A DNA stretch of 56,422 nucleotides. It comes from a virus. Its lineage: Duplodnaviria > Caudoviricetes. The notes beneath the pieces are model-generated. The model was not told the origin of the DNA, searched no databases, and was given only the letters and a program-made list of their open reading frames with translations. Position 1 is the stretch's first letter. The number at the start of each line of letters is the position of its first letter. This document shows, one piece after another, positions 48,940 through 56,422 of this stretch. The DNA is taken from the IMG/VR virus record IMGVR_UViG_3300032288_002536, positions 1-56,422 of that record. One strand, given 5' to 3'. The position numbers and the translations under genes are program-made.

Positions 48940-49991
48940 TAAACTATTATGAAATATTAGGTGTTCCTGAAAACTCTGATCAGGACTCTATAAAGAAGGC
49001 TTATAGGCAACTTGCCAAGAAATTTCACCCGGACAAAAACAAAGAACCTGGAGCTGAAGAGAAGTTTAAGAAAATAACGGAGGCTTACGAAAATATAGGT
49101 GATCCTGTAAAAAGGAATGAATACGACAGGAAAAGAAACTTCAGAAGTTCATTTTTTGGTCAGGACTTCGGTAATTTTGGTAGAGGATCTAATGATAACT
49201 GGAATTTTAAAGATCCTTTTGCTAGTCACTATAACCCGGCTACTCCACAAGATCCTAAGGGGTCACATCTAAATATAACGCTTAAAATAACGTTACATGA
49301 TGTATTAAAAGGAGTGGAGAAAAAAATAAAGCTCAAGAGAGATACTAAGTGCGGATCTTGTAAAGCAACAGGAGCTGAAGGAGGTTTATCTTATCAAAGC
49401 TGTGGTATGTGTAATGGATCTGGGTACATTACACGAAATTCTGTAAATGGTTTTGTACATGTTAATTCTGTTGCAGTTTGTCATTCATGTAATGGATCCG
49501 GTAAAGCAATACTAGAATATTGTTTAGATTGTTTAGGAAAGGGTTTAATATCTAGGGAAGATATAATAGATATAAATATCCCAGCTGGTGCATCTGATGG
49601 TATGCAGTTTGTGGTTGCCAGTAAAGGAAATGAAGGAAAAGGAAATGGTTTAGCAGGAGATCTTTATGTTAAAATAAAAGAAATTCCTGATGATAATTTT
49701 ATTAGAAGAGGTATAGATCTAATATCATCAAGAGAGGTAACTTTTATCGATGCAACCTTAGGAACCAATATAGAAGTATTAATGCCTGACGGGGAAATTG
49801 TAAAGACAGTAGTTTCTCCTGGAACTATCCCAGGAACTGTTTTAAAGTTTTCTCATAAGGGAATACCTAATCTTGGATATGGGGGAATTGGGGATTTTCT
49901 AGTTGAAATAAATGTAAAAATCCCTACGGATTTAACTAGAGATGAGAAGAAATTCCTAGAGGAGTTAAAAGAATATGATATGTTTAAATAA
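48936..49991 (+). CDS. dnaJ: DnaJ chaperone (J domain, G/F region, Zn finger, C-terminal domain)
   Basis: YYEILGV, HPDKN, four CxxCxGxG-type repeats, GDLYV. Confidence 0.95.
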   Translation: MINYYEILGVPENSDQDSIKKAYRQLAKKFHPDKNKEPGAEEKFKKITEAYENIGDPVKRNEYDRKRNFRSSFFGQDFGNFGRGSNDNWNFKDPFASHYNPATPQDPKGSHLNITLKITLHDVLKGVEKKIKLKRDTKCGSCKATGAEGGLSYQSCGMCNGSGYITRNSVNGFVHVNSVAVCHSCNGSGKAILEYCLDCLGKGLISREDIIDINIPAGASDGMQFVVASKGNEGKGNGLAGDLYVKIKEIPDDNFIRRGIDLISSREVTFIDATLGTNIEVLMPDGEIVKTVVSPGTIPGTVLKFSHKGIPNLGYGGIGDFLVEINVKIPTDLTRDEKKFLEELKEYDMFK

Positions 49992-50325
49992 TAGTTATAT
50001 GCTGGATTTCTTTTTTTATATACTTTCAATTTGGGGTCTTACCCACATATTAGTATCATCTAAAATATTAGAGAGCATTAGAAATTGGCTACTCATAAAT
50101 ATTCCATTTATTGGTGAGATGTTAAACTGTTATCAGTGTACATCATTCTGGGTATCTATGATTTTATACTTTATGTTTGATAATATTGACTTAGGGGGAG
50201 CACACTTCTATATAATGGATTTTAAAATCAATTTAGATTTCATCATCTCATCTTTTATAGGATCTGGTATAATTTCATTTATTTCAATATGGATGTCCAT
50301 ACTAATAAATAAATCTAGAAGATAG
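49975..50325 (+). CDS. DUF1360-like membrane protein
   Basis: Hydrophobic helices, [14 protein letters not shown]. Confidence 0.65.
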   Translation: MICLNNSYMLDFFFYILSIWGLTHILVSSKILESIRNWLLINIPFIGEMLNCYQCTSFWVSMILYFMFDNIDLGGAHFYIMDFKINLDFIISSFIGSGIISFISIWMSILINKSRR

Positions 50326-50342
50326 ATTTTGATATATAGAGT

Positions 50343-51968
50343 ATGGAAAGAAGAATACTATCGTTCAATAGATTTTTAGTTGAACAAGAAACTGTTTCTG
50401 GAGCTACTGGAACGGATACAGCATCTACAGCCACTACAGCAGCTAATATAGAAAGACCTGAAACAGAAAGAGAAGCTAAAAGCAGAATAGCTGGTAATAT
50501 AGTAAAAAATCTATTTGGTGGGACTGGACTCGATGTAGGTCTTACCGGAGGGATTGATTCGGTTATAGAACAAACAAAAGAAGTAAAGGAATCTTTACCA
50601 TATAAGGGATGTGGAATAAATGAACCTTTTGATTTAGGTAAAGTGGATCTTTCGGTATTAACTATAAAGATACTATTAGAATATCTAAATGAAAAAAAAG
50701 CTGGAGATTACACAAAATCAATCGATGAATTAGCTAATAAAAGAGCTATAATATTAGGGGTAAGATCCAGATTAGAGCTTAAAAAAGAATCTGCAAATCA
50801 GGATAGGTTCTGTGATGCACTATATTTCGTTCCTGGAAATGCTAGTGATGGAACTGGTGCTACAGGATCAACTGGTGCTACTGGATCAACTGGTGCTACT
50901 GGATCAACTGGTGCTAAAACAGAAGCCAAACCTAAGGATAATAAAAAAGAGGACTTAATGTCCAAAATTAAAAACAAAAAAAAGAACGAGTCCCTATTAA
51001 TATCTGAAATAAATGATAGAATACAGGAGATAGACTATCTAAAAGAATCTAGTCTATGGGGATTCGAAGAATTCGAGAAACTACAAAGGGAAAAAGAATT
51101 CTTGATAGAAAGCAGAGAACTTCTATATGAGGGGCACATGGACGGTGAGGAATTCTCAAGATTATATGAAGATTTTCTTGGAATAGGGTCTTTCCTTAGC
51201 GGTGCTTATGATGTGGCAGCATCTGGAGTAAAATGGGTAGGAAAGAAACTGGGTCTCGTTTCAGATGATCCTAAAGCTCCAAAATATGATATAGATGCTG
51301 AGGATCCTAAAAGTAGTAAAAAATCGGCAGATGTAGCTGCTCCAACTGGGCCAACTGGACCAACACCCCCAGCCAGTCTTGGTGATCTAATACCAGCTTA
51401 TCAGATAACAACAGTTCCTAGTTTAGCATACTATGGAAAGAAGCCAATGAATCCTAAGGGGGTAGGTATAAAACTACCAGGTGATACCGTTTATATCCTA
51501 CAAGAAAGTAGCTTGGGGGGTAAGGAAAAATATAAAATGATGGTTGAGTATAGTAAGATAGATGTTGGAAGATATCCAATAGGTGTTACTAAATTTGAGA
51601 CTTACAAACCAGCAGAAAAATACAACGAAAATTGTGGTATGCACATTCACAGGTCTTCAACAAAAGGTGTTGGTATATGTGTAGGGCCATGGTCAGCAGG
51701 ATGCCAGGTATTTGCAGATTATGAACAATGGAAAGAGTTTATAGCTAAAGCAGAAAAAGAAACAATGAACTCCAATAGGTTTATTTATGCACTAATACAG
51801 TTGGATGATATACCTGAAGAAGTTTTAAAATATGCTATGATGGGTATAAGATACTCAGAGGTTTTAGCTTCTTCACAAGCAGCACCACAATCTAGCTCAA
51901 CAGGATCACAAGAACCAACAAAAAAAGCGGGGTCCCTTAAAAAACTAGGAAGAGTAACAGAAGACTAG
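50343..51968 (+). CDS. Protein with L,D-transpeptidase-like (YkuD-type His/Cys) catalytic motif, low-complexity inserts and capsid-targeting-like N-terminus
   Basis: RILSFNRFLVE; ILGVR..DRFCD, ITTVP, GMHIHRS...VGPWSAGCQVF; GATATATA at 50331-50338. Confidence 0.6.
   Translation: MERRILSFNRFLVEQETVSGATGTDTASTATTAANIERPETEREAKSRIAGNIVKNLFGGTGLDVGLTGGIDSVIEQTKEVKESLPYKGCGINEPFDLGKVDLSVLTIKILLEYLNEKKAGDYTKSIDELANKRAIILGVRSRLELKKESANQDRFCDALYFVPGNASDGTGATGSTGATGSTGATGSTGAKTEAKPKDNKKEDLMSKIKNKKKNESLLISEINDRIQEIDYLKESSLWGFEEFEKLQREKEFLIESRELLYEGHMDGEEFSRLYEDFLGIGSFLSGAYDVAASGVKWVGKKLGLVSDDPKAPKYDIDAEDPKSSKKSADVAAPTGPTGPTPPASLGDLIPAYQITTVPSLAYYGKKPMNPKGVGIKLPGDTVYILQESSLGGKEKYKMMVEYSKIDVGRYPIGVTKFETYKPAEKYNENCGMHIHRSSTKGVGICVGPWSAGCQVFADYEQWKEFIAKAEKETMNSNRFIYALIQLDDIPEEVLKYAMMGIRYSEVLASSQAAPQSSSTGSQEPTKKAGSLKKLGRVTED
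50853..50915 (+). repeat. 3.5 x 18-bp tandem repeat ACTGGTGCTACWGGATCA (TGATGS)
   Basis: Read directly. Confidence 0.9.
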
Positions 51969-51972
51969 TGTA

Positions 51973-52000
51973 GAAACTTTATTCTTTTGACGCTGTAAAA
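51973..52000 (+). promoter_or_regulatory. Putative middle promoter GAAAC-N18-TAAAA
   Basis: Heads the gp52-gp45-polymerase C operon; shares the GCTGTAAAA ending with the 31673 copy. Confidence 0.6.
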
Positions 52001-52019
52001 TAGGTATAAAAATATTTTA

Positions 52020-53432
52020 GTGTCAAATACAATAACAATATCGGATCAGATAAATCTGGATTATAGAAAATATGCTCTCTATGTTATTCAGAGTAGGGGA
52101 ATACCTAATTTTTATGATGCTTTAACTCCGGTACAAAGATTAATCCTACAGAATTCCCCTAGTAATTTCAAAAAAACAGTTGGTGTAATTGGTGAAGTCT
52201 TTAGTACGGGTCTTTATCACCACGGGGATTCTTCTATGGCTCAGGCGATATCAAAATTAGCAAGACCATTTTCCTGTGCTGAACAAATATTATTAGGTGA
52301 TGGATTTTTTGGAAGTCCTGTTAATCCAGTACCTTCTGCCCCAAGATATACACAAGTAAAGATATCCGGTAAATACAAGGAGATCATAGAAAAATATAAA
52401 GATCTTAACGTTCCTAATGAGGAGGGGGGTTTTGATTGGATTCATGTTGACTATCCTGTTGGATTGTCTACACATATAGTTGGTATTGCTGTTGGATATA
52501 AATCCAATATACTTCCTAGAAAGCCAGAAGACGTTACATCATATCTAAATGGTAATAAAACTAAAAAGATAAAGCCATACTTCAGGGGATTTAAAGGTAA
52601 GATAACAAGGATGGATTCCATTAGATCAGCATGGCTTATAGAGGGTGATATTGAAATGGATAGCACTTCTAGGACATTTAAGATAAAATCGCTTTCTCCA
52701 TTACAAAGATACGAGTCATTTTTCATAAGACTGAACAATCTATTGGAAAGAAGGGGATTAAATTATAAGATAGAAAACTCTTCAACTGACGAGGTTAAAA
52801 TATCTATAAAATTTAGATGCACCGATCAGGAATTCAAAGATATATCAGATTTAATAGCTAAAGAAACTAAGCAAATAGTTACCGAGAATATTGTTTTTGT
52901 AAGAGACGGATGTGTTTTGGAATACGATTGTATAGAGGATTATTTAGAGGACTTTATAGTACACAGAGAAAGAACAATACTAAAAAGATACGAGAGGGAT
53001 CTTGTCTATATGAATGATGAGTTGGAATTTTTAGAAGCCAAGCTTAAATTCCTTATATTTATGCAGGAAAAGAAAAGGACAGCTGATGAGGTTTCTAAAT
53101 TTCTTTCAGATTTCAAAAGGGAAATATCGAGAAGACTTGAGTCTATATCACTAATTAAATTAACTAAAGAAGAAATAATTAAGACTAAGGAAGAAATTAA
53201 TTCAGTGAAATCTGATATAAAAGATAAGACGAAACAAATCAAAGATCAAAGAGAGAGACTTAAAATAGCGGAAAAAATAAATTCAGCTATACCGAGATCA
53301 TCCTCTAGATCAACTTCATTGATCAGCGAATCTGTAGACGAGTTTCATAATGGTATTAGGATCTTTAACCCAGAAGAAGAGATACAAGAAGAAATAGAAG
53401 AAGAAAAAGAATTAAATTTAGAAAATGAGTAA
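52020..53432 (+). CDS. Type IIA DNA topoisomerase breakage-reunion subunit (T4 gp52-like)
   Basis: YALYVI.SRGIP...DALTPVQR, YHHGDSS, GFFGS, SAPRYT catalytic Tyr, GIAVGY. Confidence 0.93.
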   Translation: MSNTITISDQINLDYRKYALYVIQSRGIPNFYDALTPVQRLILQNSPSNFKKTVGVIGEVFSTGLYHHGDSSMAQAISKLARPFSCAEQILLGDGFFGSPVNPVPSAPRYTQVKISGKYKEIIEKYKDLNVPNEEGGFDWIHVDYPVGLSTHIVGIAVGYKSNILPRKPEDVTSYLNGNKTKKIKPYFRGFKGKITRMDSIRSAWLIEGDIEMDSTSRTFKIKSLSPLQRYESFFIRLNNLLERRGLNYKIENSSTDEVKISIKFRCTDQEFKDISDLIAKETKQIVTENIVFVRDGCVLEYDCIEDYLEDFIVHRERTILKRYERDLVYMNDELEFLEAKLKFLIFMQEKKRTADEVSKFLSDFKREISRRLESISLIKLTKEEIIKTKEEINSVKSDIKDKTKQIKDQRERLKIAEKINSAIPRSSSRSTSLISESVDEFHNGIRIFNPEEEIQEEIEEEKELNLENE

Positions 53433-54192
53433 GAAACAACAAACTTGGAATTTTAGAATAACTAATCCATCGAATTTTATATCTTTTTTAAAGAAGCTAA
53501 AATTAGTTGATAAGAGTGTTCCACTAGAGATTGAAGGAGATAATTTATTTGCTAAGGTAAGAACTCCAGACAAGTCAGTAATTAAGTATGTTAATGTAGA
53601 TATAACAGATATCCTGGAGGGAAATTTTCCGCCTAACAGATTAAAAATCGGTATACTAGAGATAAACAAACTAATCGACGTTTTTAAGTACTTCGGTCCT
53701 GAGGAGGAATTAAATTTATTGGTTGATTCACAGCCTTATGACTCTGATCTTATTGCAACTAGCCTTAAATTCTCGTCCCCTAGTTTAAACATATTTGTTA
53801 AGTGTGCAGATATTAGCCTATTAGCTTACATAGACGATAACATACAAAGACAAATACATTCAACAGAAGGATCTGAAGTAAACTTTGAAATATCTAGGGA
53901 AAGCTTTCAAAAGGTTTCATCCCTAACTGGAATTGAATCGAACTCCGAGGAGTTACTAAATTTTGATATAGAAGAAAATGGGGTAACTATAAGGGGTAAT
54001 TCTTTCCAGTATAATCTAATAAGAGGAAGTAAACCGAATGGATTTAGTGATTCTAGAGTATACACAATATACAAAAATCAATTCTCCTATATAGATCAGG
54101 AAAATTCTGAAATACATTTCCACGAGAATAGGATATTAGTAAAATCTACCGAATCCGATTCTATAATAGCAATAGGTTTAGTAGAAGTTTAA
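53425..54192 (+). CDS. Sliding clamp (T4 gp45-like)
   Basis: ~255 aa two-domain alpha/beta pattern, IGILEINKL (cf. gp45 IYDLN.F); adjacent to polymerase. Confidence 0.65.
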   Translation: MSKKQQTWNFRITNPSNFISFLKKLKLVDKSVPLEIEGDNLFAKVRTPDKSVIKYVNVDITDILEGNFPPNRLKIGILEINKLIDVFKYFGPEEELNLLVDSQPYDSDLIATSLKFSSPSLNIFVKCADISLLAYIDDNIQRQIHSTEGSEVNFEISRESFQKVSSLTGIESNSEELLNFDIEENGVTIRGNSFQYNLIRGSKPNGFSDSRVYTIYKNQFSYIDQENSEIHFHENRILVKSTESDSIIAIGLVEV

Positions 54193-54194
54193 TT

Positions 54195-55364
54195 ATGGAG
54201 GAGATAGATTACATGTCAATGAGCTTGGAAGAGCTCAATCTAAAACTCCTTGAGTACCAAAAAAAATCATCAGATTTTTATAATACTGAACAGGGAATTA
54301 AATTAACTCTTAACAGTATATACGGAGCGACTGGAAATCAGTACTTTGCTTTATTTAATCCTGATGTAGCTGAAAGCACAACATTACAAGGACAGGACAT
54401 ATGGAAGTTTGCTGAGAAGATAATCAACAGATACTTCAATGATATGTGGCATCTTGATACAGAGCTCCATGAAAAAATGGAGGTGAGAAATGTCAGACAG
54501 CTAAGTCTTGATTTTATCATTTATGGCGATACTGATTCCAACTATATAAATCTTGGTGCTGTAATGGATTCGTGTGAATTCGATTATGAGCCTTTTGAAT
54601 TTGTAAAGAGACTTAACGAGCATAGATTAAAGGAGTATATTAAAAAGTGCTATGACATCTACTCTAAAAAATGGAACACTGAAAACTATCAAGATTTTGA
54701 GCTGGAAAGCTTATCTTATGCTGGGATATTTTTAGGAAAGAAAAAATATGTACTCCATATTGCTTGGCAAGATCCTAATAAAGATTTATTCCCTAGACTT
54801 TCTAAAATAAAATCCACTGGTATAGAATTAGCTCAAGGAGGAACCGCTCCATTTGCAAGAGAAAAACTCACATTCCTATTAAGACACATTTTTGAAAAGG
54901 GTAAATCTTTTGACATAAGAGAATTTGTTAAAATCCTAAAGGAGATAAAGAATGAGTTTAAAGTTCAAAGCCCAGATCAGATATCTATAGGAACGTCCGT
55001 TAATAACATAGAGAAATTTATAGTTAATGACACTTCTAAATTTGAGGTAGCTAAGGGATGTCCAATGCACGTTAGAGCTGCTGGATATCATAACTATATA
55101 CTAAACAATTCCAAATACAAAGCTAAGTACAGCTTAATAAGATCGTCTGAAAAAATTAAATACTATTACGTTAAAGTTAATAGTGAGAGGGAAAATAATG
55201 TCTTTGGATATCTTAATGGATCTTACCCTTATGAATTTGCTCCTCCTGTTGATTTTGATGAGCAATTCAACAGAGTTATCCTAGATCCAATCAATAGATT
55301 TATTGAGGCAATGGGATATTCACCTCTATCACCTAATCTACTATTGGTAAGGGCTTTGTTTTAA
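54195..55364 (+). CDS. Family B DNA polymerase, C-terminal subunit (fingers helix 2, palm, thumb), gp43B-like
   Basis: QGIKLTLNSIYGA.GN.YF, T.QGQ, YGDTDS, KKKY, K..GIE, P.HVRAA; terminal LLVRALF clamp-binding-like tail. Confidence 0.93.
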   Translation: MEEIDYMSMSLEELNLKLLEYQKKSSDFYNTEQGIKLTLNSIYGATGNQYFALFNPDVAESTTLQGQDIWKFAEKIINRYFNDMWHLDTELHEKMEVRNVRQLSLDFIIYGDTDSNYINLGAVMDSCEFDYEPFEFVKRLNEHRLKEYIKKCYDIYSKKWNTENYQDFELESLSYAGIFLGKKKYVLHIAWQDPNKDLFPRLSKIKSTGIELAQGGTAPFAREKLTFLLRHIFEKGKSFDIREFVKILKEIKNEFKVQSPDQISIGTSVNNIEKFIVNDTSKFEVAKGCPMHVRAAGYHNYILNNSKYKAKYSLIRSSEKIKYYYVKVNSERENNVFGYLNGSYPYEFAPPVDFDEQFNRVILDPINRFIEAMGYSPLSPNLLLVRALF

Positions 55365-55376
55365 TATCTTTTTGAT

Positions 55377-55384
55377 GATATATA
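55377..55384 (+). promoter_or_regulatory. Putative late promoter GATATATA
   Basis: Intergenic motif. Confidence 0.65.
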
Positions 55385-55404
55385 GATGAATACGTGTTTA
55401 TCTA

Positions 55405-56160
55405 ATGCCAGGAAGAATTAAAAATTTTAGTCAATTCATTAATGAATCCAATAAAGTAGGGATTAATGAGGGATTCATATCGAGTTTAAAAAAATATGGA
55501 TCTATGGCCATTGGATGGTCTTATCAGCTTTTAAAAAATATAATAAATGGATTAATTGCTCCTATTCCCTACGGTCCAAAAAAAGGACTTCCTACCATTA
55601 TGCTTTTTATACCTGAGGCTGGCCCGATAAGTTCACAGATTGCTAAATTTGAAATGGGTAGAGATCCTTTAAAGGAAGCAGAACTTCCATTGGAATATTC
55701 AAAGGAATATGATACAGAGAGTTCTGATTTAGAAGATCCGTCTGAAAGTATAGTAGAATTGTATAATAATAAATATTATGGAGATGCCTCTAAAAATATC
55801 TTCATAGTTGATAAAAATGATACTGAGGGAGGAAAGAGCGTAGGAAAGGCTGGTGATAAATTAGGGATACCAGTTTTGATGATGGAGTTTAAATACATAG
55901 ATCCTAGAGATATTATAAAGGACGGATCACTAACAAATTCCGGAATACTTCCTACTGACAATGGGAAAGATAATAGGGGTGGTATTATATTTATAAATCA
56001 AATGGATAAGGGCGATTCTAATCTAAAGGGATACTTTACCAATCTTTCTAAATATGGGGAATCTGATGGATACTATCTTCCTAGCAAATGGATTATAGTT
56101 GCATCGGGAGAAAACCCAGATATGGTAGGGGATATCTCTTCATTCGAACTTAAAAAATAA
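55405..56160 (+). CDS. Degenerate AAA+ (MoxR-like) domain protein with capsid-targeting-like N-terminus
   Basis: RIKNFSQFINES; GGIIFINQMDK (cf. GILFLDE), LPSKWIIVASGE (cf. LP..W.IVAAGN); no intact Walker A. Confidence 0.55.
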   Translation: MPGRIKNFSQFINESNKVGINEGFISSLKKYGSMAIGWSYQLLKNIINGLIAPIPYGPKKGLPTIMLFIPEAGPISSQIAKFEMGRDPLKEAELPLEYSKEYDTESSDLEDPSESIVELYNNKYYGDASKNIFIVDKNDTEGGKSVGKAGDKLGIPVLMMEFKYIDPRDIIKDGSLTNSGILPTDNGKDNRGGIIFINQMDKGDSNLKGYFTNLSKYGESDGYYLPSKWIIVASGENPDMVGDISSFELKK

Positions 56161-56177
56161 ATTAAATAATCAATAAA

Positions 56178-56422
56178 ATGGGAATGACTTTCGACGAATT
56201 TAAAGTAAAAGGAACTGAATTTGAAATGGATCCTTTAACAACATCAACTAAATCACTAGGATCTGGGGTTGATGAACATTTTGTAAATCTATTGACTTTT
56301 CAGATGCAGTTAAAAGTTATGCACTGGGGTACTGAATCATACGCTCAACACAACGCATTTGGATCTACATATAGTGATATAGATGATGGATTGGATGCAC
56401 TGGTTGAATCATATCAAGGATA
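56178..56422 (+). CDS. Dps/ferritin-like (DUF5856-type) protein, truncated by window end
   Basis: Manual translation MGMTFDEFKVK...QLKVMHWGTESYAQHNAFGSTYSDIDDGLDALVESYQG; HW...H...Y...D..VE ferroxidase-like pattern. Confidence 0.75.
   Translation, partial: MGMTFDEFKVKGTEFEMDPLTTSTKSLGSGVDEHFVNLLTFQMQLKVMHWGTESYAQHNAFGSTYSDIDDGLDALVESYQG

Overview
AT-rich, gene-dense segment of a large T4-related (jumbo) tailed phage, almost entirely on the + strand. The host is most likely Bacteroidota: starts are A-rich and lack Shine-Dalgarno sequences, there is a TTTG-N20-TAnnTTTG promoter, and there are DUF4494-like and Hc1-like genes. Bases ~1-21.6 kb hold large virion/baseplate/fibre genes plus phoH. 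The rest holds T4-like replication, recombination and nucleotide genes (RuvC-like, gp32, gp61, UvsY, UvsW, gp56, nrdB, nrdA, adk, topoisomerase II in two genes, gp45), repair and stress genes, and a family B DNA polymerase split into two intein-free genes 17 kb apart. The main pattern is a set of about 15 unrelated proteins sharing a short motif resembling the T4 capsid-targeting sequence. Most lie behind a recurring (G/A)ATATATA element and are interleaved with replication genes that carry a different GAAAC-N17-20-TAWAA element. This suggests a large tagged head-cargo set including enzymes and apparent pseudo-enzymes. All family assignments come from motif recognition, not database searches.
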